Of a stretch of DNA of 35,211 nt, positions 1 through 8,835 are shown one piece after another (the first letter of the stretch is position 1; each line of letters opens with the position of its first letter). The DNA is from a virus (lineage: Duplodnaviria > Heunggongvirae > Uroviricota > Caudoviricetes): IMG/VR virus record IMGVR_UViG_2703718792_000017, positions 1-35,211 of that record, one strand, 5' to 3'. The notes beneath the pieces were generated by a model. It was not told where the DNA came from. It saw nothing but the letters and a program-made list of their open reading frames with translations, and made no database searches. The position numbers were made by a program, and so were the translations under genes.

Positions 1-1254
1 ATGCTGGAACAAATGGGCATTGCCGCGAAGCAAGCCTCGTATAAATTAGCGCAACTCTCCAGCCGCGAAAAAAATCGTGTGCTGGAAAAAATCGCCGATG
101 AACTGGAAGCACAAAGCGAAAGTATCCTCAACGCTAACGCGCAGGATGTTGCAGACGCGCGTGCCAATGGCCTTAGCGAAGCGATGCTTGACCGTCTGGC
201 ACTGACGCCCGCACGGCTGAAAGACATTGCCGACGATGTGCGCCAGGTGTGCAATCTCGCCGATCCGGTAGGGCAGGTAATCGATGGCGGCGTACTGGAC
301 AGCGGCCTGCGTCTTGAGCGTCGTCGCGTACCGCTGGGGGTGATTGGCGTGATTTATGAAGCGCGCCCGAACGTGACGGTTGATGTTGCTTCCCTGTGCC
401 TGAAAACCGGTAACGCGGTGATCCTGCGCGGCGGCAAAGAAACCTGTCGCACTAACGCTGCAACGGTAGCGGTGATTCAGGACGCCCTGAAATCCTGCGG
501 CTTACCGGCGGGTGCCGTGCAGGCAATTGATAATCCTGACCGTGCGCTGGTCAGTGAAATGCTGCGTATGGATAAATACATCGACATGCTGATCCCGCGC
601 GGTGGGGCTGGTTTGCATAAACTGTGCCGCGAGCAGTCGACAATCCCGGTGATCACAGGCGGTATAGGCGTATGCCATATTTACGTTGATGAAAGCGCAG
701 AGATCGCTGAAGCATTAAAAGTGATCGTCAACGCGAAAACTCAGCGACCGAGCACATGTAATACGGTAGAAACGTTGCTGGTAAATAAAAACATCGCAGA
801 TAGCTTCCTGCCCGCATTAAGCAAACAAATGGCGGAAAGCGGCGTGACGTTACACGCTGATGCAGCCGCGCTGGCGCAGTTGCAGGCAGGCCCCGCGAAG
901 GTGGTGGCTGTTAAAGCCGAAGAGTATGACGATGAGTTTCTGTCATTAGATTTGAACGTCAAAATCGTTAGCGATCTGGATGACGCCATTGCCCATATTC
1001 GTGAACACGGCACGCAACACTCCGATGCGATCCTGACCCGCGATATGCGCAACGCCCAGCGTTTTGTTAACGAAGTGGATTCCTCCGCTGTTTACGTTAA
1101 CGCCTCTACGCGTTTTACCGACGGCGGCCAGTTTGGACTGGGGGCGGAAGTTGCGGTAAGCACACAAAAACTCCACGCGCGCGGCCCAATGGGGCTGGAA
1201 GCACTGACCACTTATAAGTGGATCGGCATTGGTGATTACACCATTCGTGCGTAA
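1..1254 (+). CDS. proA: gamma-glutamyl phosphate reductase ProA, complete 417 aa
   Basis: Full-length translation recognised as enterobacterial ProA ([16 protein letters not shown]... to ...[12 protein letters not shown]); ATG at 1, stop at 1252-1254. Confidence 0.95.
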   Translation: MLEQMGIAAKQASYKLAQLSSREKNRVLEKIADELEAQSESILNANAQDVADARANGLSEAMLDRLALTPARLKDIADDVRQVCNLADPVGQVIDGGVLDSGLRLERRRVPLGVIGVIYEARPNVTVDVASLCLKTGNAVILRGGKETCRTNAATVAVIQDALKSCGLPAGAVQAIDNPDRALVSEMLRMDKYIDMLIPRGGAGLHKLCREQSTIPVITGGIGVCHIYVDESAEIAEALKVIVNAKTQRPSTCNTVETLLVNKNIADSFLPALSKQMAESGVTLHADAAALAQLQAGPAKVVAVKAEEYDDEFLSLDLNVKIVSDLDDAIAHIREHGTQHSDAILTRDMRNAQRFVNEVDSSAVYVNASTRFTDGGQFGLGAEVAVSTQKLHARGPMGLEALTTYKWIGIGDYTIRA

Positions 1255-1368
1255 ATAAAACCGGGTGATGCAAAAGTAGCCATTTGATTCACAAGGCCAT
1301 TGACGCATCGCCCGGTTAGTTTTAACCTTGTCCACCGTGATTCACGTTCGTGAACATGTCCTTTCAGG

Positions 1369-1444
1369 GCCGATATAGCTCAGTTGGTAGAGCAGCGCAT
1401 TCGTAATGCGAAGGTCGTAGGTTCGACTCCTATTATCGGCACCA
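1369..1444 (+). tRNA. thrW: tRNA-Thr (anticodon CGT), prophage integration target
   Basis: 76-nt sequence GCCGATATAGCTCAGTTGGTAGAGCAGCGCATTCGTAATGCGAAGGTCGTAGGTTCGACTCCTATTATCGGCACCA with cloverleaf features, CGT anticodon loop and encoded CCA; an integrase gene ends 15 bp downstream. Confidence 0.93.
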
Positions 1445-1458
1445 TTTAAATCAATAAG

Positions 1459-2622
1459 TTACACATCATTAGTACCTTCCTTATTTTTTGACTGGGACGA
1501 ATTTGGGACCGATGGGTTCAGGATCGAGTCTATTTGCCGTGCGTGTTCGGTAAGGTGATTAGGTGCAAGGTGAGCATATCGACGAACCATTTCGATAGAC
1601 TCCCAGCCTCCCATTTCCTGTAACACTGACAACGGGACTCCGGCTTGAACCAGCCAACTTGCCCAGGTGTGTCTCAAGTCGTGAAATCTGAAATCATCAA
1701 TGCCAGCCCATCTCAGCGCCGCTTTCCAGGCTGTGTTTGCGTCATACCGCATCTTCCTTACTGTTGGCGCTTTCGTTCCGTCTGGTTTGGTACAGCTTTC
1801 CTTGTACACAAATACCCAACGGTGATGATTCCCGATTTGTTTTTTCAAAACGCGACATGCAGTATCATTCAGCGCAACGCCGATTGCGCGGTTTGATTTA
1901 CTCTCTTCCGGGTTTATCCATGCCACCCGGCGCTGCATATCTATTTGTTGCCATTCAAGGTTGATGATGTTCGAGCGTCTTAAGCCTGTTGCCAGTGCAA
2001 ATTCAACAACAGACTTTAATGGCTCCGGACATTCATCAATCAGCCTTTGTGCTTCATGGGGCTCCAGCCAGCGGATCCGTTTATTCTTTGGTTGAGGCAC
2101 TTTAATAATTGGTGCCTTATCCAGCATTTTCCATTCACGCTCTGCGGCTCTTAGTAGGGCCTTTATAAATGAAAGATGCGTAGCCTTCGTTGCAACGGAC
2201 GCTGGTTTTGGCGTGTATTCTGGAACAGGTTTCCCTTTTTTTCTGCATGCTTCTGCCCTGAGTTTCCAGTTTTCCTCATGACGCCGGTTCGTCATTTTCT
2301 GCATTGCTGAATAAATTTTTGATTCAGTAATGTCTCTTAGTTGCATTCCTGCGAAATGTTGAAGCCAGAATCCGATCCGGCTTTTGTCATCGTCCAGTGA
2401 TTTTTTATGTGCTTTCTCTTCAAGCCACCTGACACACGCTTCCTCGAACGTTATATCAGGTATTTCACCAAGTTTGCTGACCCGCCATGCTTCAGCCTTT
2501 AGCTTGTCATGGAGTTCTGTCGCCTGCCTTTTGTCCTTTGTTCCAAGAGACTGTTTAAATCTTTTACCGTTCGGCAATGTGAAACTGGCGTACCATATTT
2601 CACCTCTGCGGAAGAGTGACAT
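1459..2622 (-). CDS. int: Phage integrase, tyrosine recombinase
   Basis: 387-aa ORF; C-terminal catalytic region with HDLRHTWAS ... VRRYAHL (R-H-R-Y signature); located directly beside the tRNA. Confidence 0.9.
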   Translation of the reverse strand: MSLFRRGEIWYASFTLPNGKRFKQSLGTKDKRQATELHDKLKAEAWRVSKLGEIPDITFEEACVRWLEEKAHKKSLDDDKSRIGFWLQHFAGMQLRDITESKIYSAMQKMTNRRHEENWKLRAEACRKKGKPVPEYTPKPASVATKATHLSFIKALLRAAEREWKMLDKAPIIKVPQPKNKRIRWLEPHEAQRLIDECPEPLKSVVEFALATGLRRSNIINLEWQQIDMQRRVAWINPEESKSNRAIGVALNDTACRVLKKQIGNHHRWVFVYKESCTKPDGTKAPTVRKMRYDANTAWKAALRWAGIDDFRFHDLRHTWASWLVQAGVPLSVLQEMGGWESIEMVRRYAHLAPNHLTEHARQIDSILNPSVPNSSQSKNKEGTNDV

Positions 2623-2849
2623 TTTCTTTCCTCTGTTATGCCATCACCCGCGCTCACCTGGACAGTATGCAGCGGAGACTGAAGAGCCGCAATGCAGGCT
2701 TGTCGTGTTGTGAGGTAAGGAGATTTATTCTTAGTGGGATCTTTGCGTGTTGCCTGAAGACGCCCTGTGCGTATCCAGTTAATGGCAGTCGGTCTGGATA
2801 TCTTGAGAAAATGACAGGCCTCATCGAGTGTGAGGCTGTATGGCTCCAT
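2499..2849 (-). CDS. xis: Excisionase-like DNA-binding protein (Xis)
   Basis: Internal Met of ORF 2499..2933 begins [31 protein letters not shown] (winged-helix excisionase-like). ATG at 2847-2849 overlaps the upstream stop (TAATG). The 3' end overlaps int by about 124 nt, so the exact stop is uncertain. Confidence 0.55.
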   Translation of the reverse strand: MEPYSLTLDEACHFLKISRPTAINWIRTGRLQATRKDPTKNKSPYLTTRQACIAALQSPLHTVQVSAGDGITEERKCHSSAEVKYGTPVSHCRTVKDLNSLLEQRTKGRRQNSMTS

Positions 2850-3154
2850 TATTTCACCTCTTGCTGTGACATTGTTGAAAAATGGATACCAGCTCGTTGC
2901 TGCCAGACGATCCAACCGAGAGTCATATCCCATGCCATGTATTCGTTATCGCCGTTTTTTGCTCTCCGACGATCTACTAAGTCACCGAAACGCTTTTCCA
3001 TGAATAATTCATAAGCTTCGCGTTCATCTGGTTCTACTTCCAGAGATAGGAGTGCGATTTCATAAGCACGGCGCTCAATATCGTCTCGCACGTCAAGGCT
3101 GCTGATACGCTCTTTAATTTCTTTAATCAGTTCTTTGTCGGTAAAAGTGGTCAT
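2849..3154 (-). CDS. Hypothetical phage early protein, 101 aa, acidic
   Basis: ORF in the leftward early operon, tightly packed with neighbours; no recognisable domain. Confidence 0.55.
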   Translation of the reverse strand: MTTFTDKELIKEIKERISSLDVRDDIERRAYEIALLSLEVEPDEREAYELFMEKRFGDLVDRRRAKNGDNEYMAWDMTLGWIVWQQRAGIHFSTMSQQEVK

Positions 3155-3516
3155 TATGCTCCAGCCTCCGGTGCTTTTGGCATTACTGCCCAGTGAGTGA
3201 TATTGACGTTTTCAAGGATCCCGACCTGAAATGTCCACTGCCATTCTCCGGTTTCTTTTTGTCCCCAGGTGTACCAGAGAGAACGCCAGCCAATTAGCCA
3301 GCCTTCTCCGTTAGCATCGAATAACAAAACACTTTCATTTGCTGGTGGCAGTTCAGTTGACACTGGTATTACTTTGTTTTCCTGTGCTGCACATTTAGCT
3401 TCAAGCGCATCGAATTTACGCACCAGGTATTCAGCATCTGTTTCATTTACTTTCAGATCTCGCGGTACACATCTCCCACGAAGAAACCCTTCCATTTCGA
3501 AAACATTCATGCGCAT
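3154..3516 (-). CDS. Hypothetical phage early protein, 120 aa, Trp-rich
   Basis: ORF in the leftward early operon, overlaps the upstream gene by 10 nt; no recognisable domain. Confidence 0.55.
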   Translation of the reverse strand: MRMNVFEMEGFLRGRCVPRDLKVNETDAEYLVRKFDALEAKCAAQENKVIPVSTELPPANESVLLFDANGEGWLIGWRSLWYTWGQKETGEWQWTFQVGILENVNITHWAVMPKAPEAGA

Positions 3517-4070
3517 TTGCGTAACTCCGATAACTCGTTAAAGCGTTCCATAAACATCCCGTAGGCATGGCCCGGTGCCAGTGGAATCACGTTGAACATC
3601 TCTGTTGCCGGGATACCTTCCAGTACAGGCCAGAAAGAGCCATCATCAAGCCCGAGATCGCGGCGTTCGGTTGCCAGCATGATGAGATCGGCATATTTCA
3701 CGGGCGTACTCATAACTGGGGGTAACCCGTATTTCTCACGGATTACGGCGTCTATTTTTTCTTCCATTTGTTTATAGTCAGGAAGAAGGCGTTTCAGTGG
3801 TGCGGGAATGTCCTGGCAATACGCTTCTGTTGCATCATGCATTAACGCTTCAAAAGCAAATTCCTGCGGCACCAGCTGGCTGCAAAGAACCGCATGTTGG
3901 GCGACGCTGTAGAAGTGCGAAAGATGACCGGCAAAGCGACAGATATTTGAAAGGGAAACCGCGATATCGTTAATATCGATGTCGTCTTTATTTATCCTGT
4001 CATAATAAAAATGCTTCCCGGAAAAAGTTTTAATAAATGACATTTTGTTCTCCACGTATATGCGCTGCAC
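3507..4070 (-). CDS. yfdR: HD-domain phosphohydrolase, YfdR-like
   Basis: 187 aa; N-terminus MSFIKTFSGKHFYYD and HD-domain metal ligands (GHLSHFYSVAQH ... LMHDATEAY); resembles CPS-53 prophage YfdR. Confidence 0.75.
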   Translation of the reverse strand: MQRIYVENKMSFIKTFSGKHFYYDRINKDDIDINDIAVSLSNICRFAGHLSHFYSVAQHAVLCSQLVPQEFAFEALMHDATEAYCQDIPAPLKRLLPDYKQMEEKIDAVIREKYGLPPVMSTPVKYADLIMLATERRDLGLDDGSFWPVLEGIPATEMFNVIPLAPGHAYGMFMERFNELSELRKCA

Positions 4071-4170
4071 CGCGCTGAATTCTGGTAAAAAGAATCCCTC
4101 ACCATCCGGCGATTATTGAGTAAATTACGTTTCCATAAATGCCCCCGCAGGGGCATTTGCAGTAATGAAA

Positions 4171-4995
4171 TCAGGCGGTGAAAGTACCAATAAAGGTTTC
4201 TACTTTGCTGTCCTTGAATTTCTCAACAAGCAGATCACGAAATTCGTTAGCCATTTCTTCCTGCACCGCCTCCAGCTGAATAATGCGCAGAACCAGTACA
4301 GGACGATCGCCAGTGATAATACTGAGGCGTAATTTAAACGGACGTTCTTTCAGACCTTCAAACGGAACGCATTTAAATTCAAATGCCACTGGCATAATGT
4401 CTTTGGTCTTCGCTTCGACAGACTCCATCAGGGAGCGTTTGCCGCTGAAGTCATTATCTTCAAAATCAGCGGTCTGGTTTGCTTCAATCGTGATTTTACG
4501 GACAGCCGCAGCCGCTTTTGTTGCCTGAATAGCGTCACCATTAGCATCAAAGCCCACAAGATAGTCGGCCCAGTCTTCAATCCATTCTGCCAGTGACTTC
4601 TGGGAGTTACGCTCGCCGTTAACAGACAACAGAGCAGAGAACGGTGCTGTCTTTTTCAGTTTGAGTGTGGCGGTGTTATCTGCGTGACCTGGTTCATCAA
4701 TAGTACCCAGGTTAAGCACACTGACGGCACGCATATTATCAGCATCGATAAAGCAGTGGGTGCCTTCATCTGCAAGATCTTTAGAATAACGGGTAAAGTC
4801 ATCGATGCTGGCAGTGGAAAGCGCACCACGGAAACGGAAGCGATTTAAATTAAATTTTTCCAGATCATGAATGCGGAAATTCTCAGGCAATGCCACAGCA
4901 TCGGCACCAATCTTACTGATAATTTCATTAACACCCTGAGCAGAAATAAGGGCATGGATTTGATTAATTGCGGTTGCGTCTAAGTTCTGAGACAT
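4171..4995 (-). CDS. yfdQ: YfdQ-like protein (DUF2303 family)
   Basis: 274-aa ORF recognised as YfdQ-like; GAGGA ribosome-binding site upstream of the ATG at 4993-4995. Confidence 0.7.
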   Translation of the reverse strand: MSQNLDATAINQIHALISAQGVNEIISKIGADAVALPENFRIHDLEKFNLNRFRFRGALSTASIDDFTRYSKDLADEGTHCFIDADNMRAVSVLNLGTIDEPGHADNTATLKLKKTAPFSALLSVNGERNSQKSLAEWIEDWADYLVGFDANGDAIQATKAAAAVRKITIEANQTADFEDNDFSGKRSLMESVEAKTKDIMPVAFEFKCVPFEGLKERPFKLRLSIITGDRPVLVLRIIQLEAVQEEMANEFRDLLVEKFKDSKVETFIGTFTA

Positions 4996-5060
4996 AATAA
5001 GTCCTCACTATATAAAGATATTCAGTGATGAGATAAATAATCAGTTAATTAAAAACGATA

Positions 5061-5423
5061 TTAACGACCTGCTGCGCGGAGTTTTCCGTCAGGTTCACCG
5101 GCAAGAGTCAGTAACTGTCCCTGGTCTTCCTGCAGAATAGTCAGGCGACCACCGCGATTGACATACATCGGCGTTTCGGTAGTGTCTTCTTCGGAAATTT
5201 TCCCGCGGTTAGTCGGGCGAACATATGAGAGTTTGTGTTTGATTTTCACACGGTTCTCATCAAATGGTTCGATTTCCAGGTTGAGTGAGACCTTACCTTT
5301 GGTTTTCGTGTTCATCACACCGGAAGCGACTTCACTGAGAACTGCGCCGATTTTGGTTTCAAATACGCCGCCGTCCAGCTCCCCGATAAATGCCTGCACA
5401 TCAGTACTGCGTTCGCTAGCCAT
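5061..5423 (-). CDS. Hypothetical protein, YfdP-like, 120 aa
   Basis: Internal Met (MASERSTDVQAFIGELDGG...) preceded by GAGGAG 7 nt upstream. The 77-codon upstream extension of the ORF is not protein-like. Confidence 0.6.
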   Translation of the reverse strand: MASERSTDVQAFIGELDGGVFETKIGAVLSEVASGVMNTKTKGKVSLNLEIEPFDENRVKIKHKLSYVRPTNRGKISEEDTTETPMYVNRGGRLTILQEDQGQLLTLAGEPDGKLRAAGR

Positions 5424-6267
5424 TTTGCTGCTCCTCATCATATCGACCCTGCAAGGCCGATTAGTTTCTCCACAAAACAGAGAAGAACACCTGCGGTGGC
5501 TGCCGCCCGGATGGATTGGGTTATGAGCCCGTCGTCCGGTGATGCTCTTCTCTGTTTTGTAAAAAGAGCGGTACCAGCCGGAAGCAAGTGTACAAACTGG
5601 TACCGCCAAAGCAGTGGCTGTTGTGGTGGGGTTGTCACTCAGGCGTATGGTCAACCTGACAATCCGGTGTCCTCAACGGGGAAAGAGTAACCCCGCCATA
5701 CTTACCGCCGCGCCATTTCGCGGATTACCACAACGCTGAGAGCACTTAGCCAGTTACGGCACCACACTTTGTCGCGGCTCCATAAATACCCTCATCGTTG
5801 CACCCTGGTCTCTTCCCAGGCGTCAAACCGGATCGCCACGCTGGTTAGGCGTCTTATCAGCATCATCATTGACTTGCACATTCCGGCTACCTGGTTTGTT
5901 TGCCCGAGCAAGGAGTGGATTGTCCCCTTTAACGTCCCCAGACCGCTAACGACGCATGTGCCATACGCCGTGTTACAATAAAATGTTCGGTATTAGTTAC
6001 CAAAGAGACGATTACTCTTATGGTTGAATGTAATACCCCTGTTGAATATTTTCTTGTGTACTATTTGTTTTTCCTATATAACGAATTGGTTGTTTTGTTT
6101 ACATAATAAGAAGTTTTTTTAAATAAGTTTACATTGTTTTGTCTTGCTATTTTTCAAAATTCAAGAACAATGAATTGTCGCTATCGGTAATTATTCTTTA
6201 TGAAATTTTATAAATAACTCCCTGCTTTTGAGTTTTGTACGCAGTGTTTTTAGTTGTCGAGGACATA

Positions 6268-6477
6268 ATGGATAATCAAAATACTCCTGTTTTTGATGTA
6301 TGTGGTTGGTACTGTGTGCCAGTTAAAGATCATAATTCAGTTATAGTTCAACTGTCCTGCAAACAACCACCATTTGAATCTGATAAAATTATCGAAAGTC
6401 CAATATATTCTTTTCCCATAAAAGAAATACCAAATCTCATAAATACATTACAAAACATTTATGAAGAAAATAATTGA
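6268..6477 (+). CDS. Small AT-rich moron protein of unknown function, 69 aa
   Basis: ATG at 6268 with GAGGA 5 nt upstream; preceded by a very AT-rich promoter-like region and followed by an intrinsic terminator; base composition far below neighbouring phage genes. Confidence 0.55.
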   Translation: MDNQNTPVFDVCGWYCVPVKDHNSVIVQLSCKQPPFESDKIIESPIYSFPIKEIPNLINTLQNIYEENN

Positions 6478-6500
6478 TTATAAATCCAGTTCAAAAGTGA

Positions 6501-6527
6501 AGCGTCCATTTGGGCGCTTTTTTATTT
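6501..6527 (+). terminator. Rho-independent terminator downstream of the small moron gene
   Basis: Hairpin AGCGTCCA-TTT-GGGCGCT followed by TTTTTATTT. Confidence 0.55.
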
Positions 6528-6596
6528 ACGAATCATTCCGGTCTTCGTATGCCCCGGACGGCTACTTCGTGGGCGTCCTGCCTGTTCGATATCTTA

Positions 6597-6619
6597 TGTA
6601 GGTACATTATGTACCTACA
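6597..6619. promoter_or_regulatory. 23-bp perfect palindrome, operator-like site
   Basis: TGTAGGTACAT-T-ATGTACCTACA, followed by a third GGTACAT half-site at 6621-6627; shares the GGTACA half-site with the cI-cro operator. Confidence 0.45.
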
Positions 6620-6636
6620 GGGTACATTGTCAAGTA

Positions 6637-6660
6637 TAAAAAAACCTGCCGAAGCAGGTT
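6637..6660 (-). terminator. Rho-independent terminator of the cI transcript
   Basis: On the minus strand: AACCTGC-TTCG-GCAGGTT hairpin followed by a T7 run, immediately 3' of cI. Confidence 0.65.
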
Positions 6661-6672
6661 CATAGACATTGA

Positions 6673-7347
6673 TCAGGCTTTAATTTTGTATCTTCTTGGT
6701 TTTCCTGAGAAAATAACTGTACCAATGATAGAGCAATTACCGTTTATCTTAATGTAAGGCTCAGGCCAGTTGGGGTTTAATGCTTTGAGATAACGCTGTG
6801 TCCCGTCTTCTATCAACCTTTTGAAGGTGGTTTCACCTGTATCGTGCATCAATGCAATAACGTCATCGCCGTGGCAGGCTGGTACTTCTGGATCGACAAA
6901 AATCATGTCTCCCGGACGGTACTCATCAATCATTGAATCACCAATCACCCTCAATATATAAGTCATTTCGCCACAGGGTACAGGGCAGGGATACGTTTCT
7001 GTTGTGCTCAAATCAACCTCAGAATAGCCAACTTCTTTCCATGCTCCGGCCTGTACCCATGATATGACAGGGACTAACGTTATTTTTTTATTAGTGATTG
7101 AAACATCAGGTTTTTTTGTGATGTTCGTTGTCTGGTGTTCTTGATCAAGCCATCCGACAGGCAGGTCGAAACATTTTTCGATGTGCCGTGCCATGCTGTC
7201 ACCGATATTTTTAGTAGCGCCATCCCCCATAAACCTGCTGGTCTGGGTAGGCTCGCGATCAATCATGGTGGCAAAGGATGAATTTCCGCCAACACCATCT
7301 CTCAGTTTTCTGGCGTTAGACCGCCGGATGTCATGGATTGTTTTCAT
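6673..7347 (-). CDS. CI-like prophage repressor (HTH plus S24 LexA-type peptidase domain)
   Basis: 224 aa; N-terminal HTH, Ala-Gly cleavage site (QAGAW), S24 catalytic Ser in GDSM and Lys in FKRL; divergent from a cro-like gene. Confidence 0.88.
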   Translation of the reverse strand: MKTIHDIRRSNARKLRDGVGGNSSFATMIDREPTQTSRFMGDGATKNIGDSMARHIEKCFDLPVGWLDQEHQTTNITKKPDVSITNKKITLVPVISWVQAGAWKEVGYSEVDLSTTETYPCPVPCGEMTYILRVIGDSMIDEYRPGDMIFVDPEVPACHGDDVIALMHDTGETTFKRLIEDGTQRYLKALNPNWPEPYIKINGNCSIIGTVIFSGKPRRYKIKA

Positions 7348-7363
7348 AACGAAATTAAAACCT

Positions 7364-7382
7364 TTGTACCGATAAGGTACAA
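7364..7382. promoter_or_regulatory. Operator palindrome in the cI-cro divergent promoter region
   Basis: TTGTACC-GATAA-GGTACAA (perfect 7-5-7 inverted repeat) in the 90-bp cI/cro intergenic region; a further AGGTACATG half-site at 7425-7433. Confidence 0.6.
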
Positions 7383-7437
7383 GTATCTTGAAGGTTCATC
7401 TCAATCATGTAGTATGTATACTGGAGGTACATGTTGT

Positions 7438-7638
7438 ATGAAAGCGTATTGGGACTCTTTAACCAAAGAACAGCAGGGCGAGTTGGCCGGAAAAGTTGGC
7501 TCAACACCTGGCTACTTACGGCTGGTTTTCAATGGTTATAAAAAAGCCAGTTTTGTGCTGGCTAAAAAACTTGAGCAATGCACGTCAAGTGCAATTACGA
7601 AATCTGACTTAAGACCGGATATCTATCCGAAAGATTAA
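7438..7638 (+). CDS. Cro-like HTH regulator, 66 aa
   Basis: ATG at 7438 with GGAGG 10 nt upstream; MKAYWDSLTKEQQGELAGKVGSTPGYLRLV has a Cro/CI-type HTH; divergent from cI. Confidence 0.75.
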   Translation: MKAYWDSLTKEQQGELAGKVGSTPGYLRLVFNGYKKASFVLAKKLEQCTSSAITKSDLRPDIYPKD

Positions 7639-7669
7639 CAGAACACCTTCAATTTTTAACCACAGAACG

Positions 7670-8233
7670 ATGAGGCTAACCGTGGGTAAGCATCACTGGA
7701 AAGTAGAAAAACAGCCTGAGTGGTACGTGAAAGCTGTCAGAAAAACTATCGCGGCGTTGCCGGGTGGTTACGCTGAAGCGGCTGACTGGCTTGATGTAAC
7801 AGAGAATGCTTTATTCAACCGCCTTCGTGCAGATGGTGATCAGATTTTCCCGTTGGGATGGGCAATGATTTTACAGCGCGCGGCTGGCACTCACTACATT
7901 GCGGATGCTGTCGCACAGTCTGCTGGTGGGGTGTTTGTATCGCTTCCTGAAATTGAGGAAGTAGAGAACGCCGATATAAACCAGCGCCTGCTGGAAGTCA
8001 TCGAACAGATCGGGAGTTACTCAAAGCAGATTCGTTCGGCAATCGAAGATGGGGTAGTGGAGCCACATGAGCAGACAGCAATTAATGATGAGTTGTATCT
8101 GTCAATTTCGAAGCTCCAGGAGCATGCAGCACTGGTCTACAAAATCTTTTGCGCTCCAGAAAAGAGTGACGCCCGCGAGTGTGCAGCTCCGGGCGTCGTG
8201 GCGTTTTGTGTCTGTGGAGAAACTAACGCATGA
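7670..8233 (+). CDS. Hypothetical early regulatory protein in the CII position (possible CII/YdaT-like)
   Basis: 187-aa ORF immediately downstream of cro. Start could instead be GTG 7682, which has GAGG upstream. Function is inferred from position only. Confidence 0.5.
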   Translation: MRLTVGKHHWKVEKQPEWYVKAVRKTIAALPGGYAEAADWLDVTENALFNRLRADGDQIFPLGWAMILQRAAGTHYIADAVAQSAGGVFVSLPEIEEVENADINQRLLEVIEQIGSYSKQIRSAIEDGVVEPHEQTAINDELYLSISKLQEHAALVYKIFCAPEKSDARECAAPGVVAFCVCGETNA

Positions 8234-8378
8234 ACAGTTTAACGGCAAATAACCGTTTGTCGCAACAGCTGGTGGTCAGTGCCGCTGAACACCTGTTGTT
8301 ACGGCGTGAATGCAGATTACCAAATCACCTGGCTGTAAGTAACCACAGAGAACTTTACCTGACTGTGGGGGGCGAGTT

Positions 8379-8558
8379 GTGCAGGAACTTAACCGCTGGT
8401 TTCGTGACGGAAGAGGGCTCTATGTTCATGTTATTCGTTGGGAACCAGAAACACAGCGTGTTATCTATCTTCGCAAAGACTACCCGCATGAGTGCTTTAG
8501 TCCTTTGTGGAAATTCAGGCGTGATTTTGTTGAGTGTGATGGACCACCAACACATTGA
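8379..8558 (+). CDS. Possible small protein, 59 aa, GTG start, absent from the ORF track
   Basis: Frame-0 ORF VQELNRWFRDGRGLYVHVIRWEPETQRVIYLRKDYPHECFSPLWKFRRDFVECDGPPTH reads as protein-like, with a G-rich ribosome-binding site upstream; falls below the 60-aa track cut-off. Confidence 0.3.
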   Translation: MQELNRWFRDGRGLYVHVIRWEPETQRVIYLRKDYPHECFSPLWKFRRDFVECDGPPTH

Positions 8559-8644
8559 TTCTGCCATTCCGGGACGTTACACTGTTCAGGCACCTTATAA
8601 AACGGGTGCCGGGCGTGGAAACCCGGAATTCACCAAAGCGCACA

Positions 8645-8668
8645 ACCGCGCTCTTGCGGTTTTTTTGT
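8645..8668 (+). terminator. Putative intrinsic terminator (tR1-like) upstream of rha
   Basis: Short ACCGC-GCTCTT-GCGGT hairpin followed by a T7 run; lies inside the non-coding 5' part of the long ORF 8230..9381. Confidence 0.4.
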
Positions 8669-8835
8669 GTCATGAGCAGCATTACGCCCAAATTATGGTG
8701 GGGCGTGCAGGGCCAACTTCGGTTGGGCCGGGTTCTTTGGTGACCGGTATTTCCACCCCTGTACGTCTCACCACCAATAAGGTCGTGGAAAGCCTTGGTG
8801 GTGAGTTATTAAAAATCACCAAAGAGGCTGCCATC

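Noticed and set aside
1257-1324. Long-loop inverted repeat between proA and thrW as a proA terminator
   Set aside because: The stem (ACCGGGTGATG/CATCGCCCGGT) encloses a 34-nt loop that contains the likely thrW promoter -35 (TTGACG); this is host backbone and the call is too ambiguous to make.
1645-2713. Plus-strand ORFs 1645..1896, 1737..1964 and 2384..2713 overlapping the integrase
   Set aside because: They are antisense to the integrase gene, which has a clear catalytic signature; no independent support.
5424-5654. 77-codon N-terminal extension of the yfdP-like ORF and the overlapping small ORFs 5438..5638 (-) and 5496..5690 (+)
   Set aside because: A strong GAGGAG ribosome-binding site precedes the internal Met at 5423; the extension is Arg/Pro/Cys-rich and not protein-like, and the region is dominated by long inverted repeats, so structured RNA or DNA is more likely than coding.
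8230-8835. N-terminal 202 codons of the 383-aa ORF 8230..9381
   Set aside because: The sequence has low protein-likeness, contains an intrinsic terminator (8645-8668) and overlaps a better small ORF in another frame; the Rha domain begins at an internal ATG (8836) with a good ribosome-binding site.
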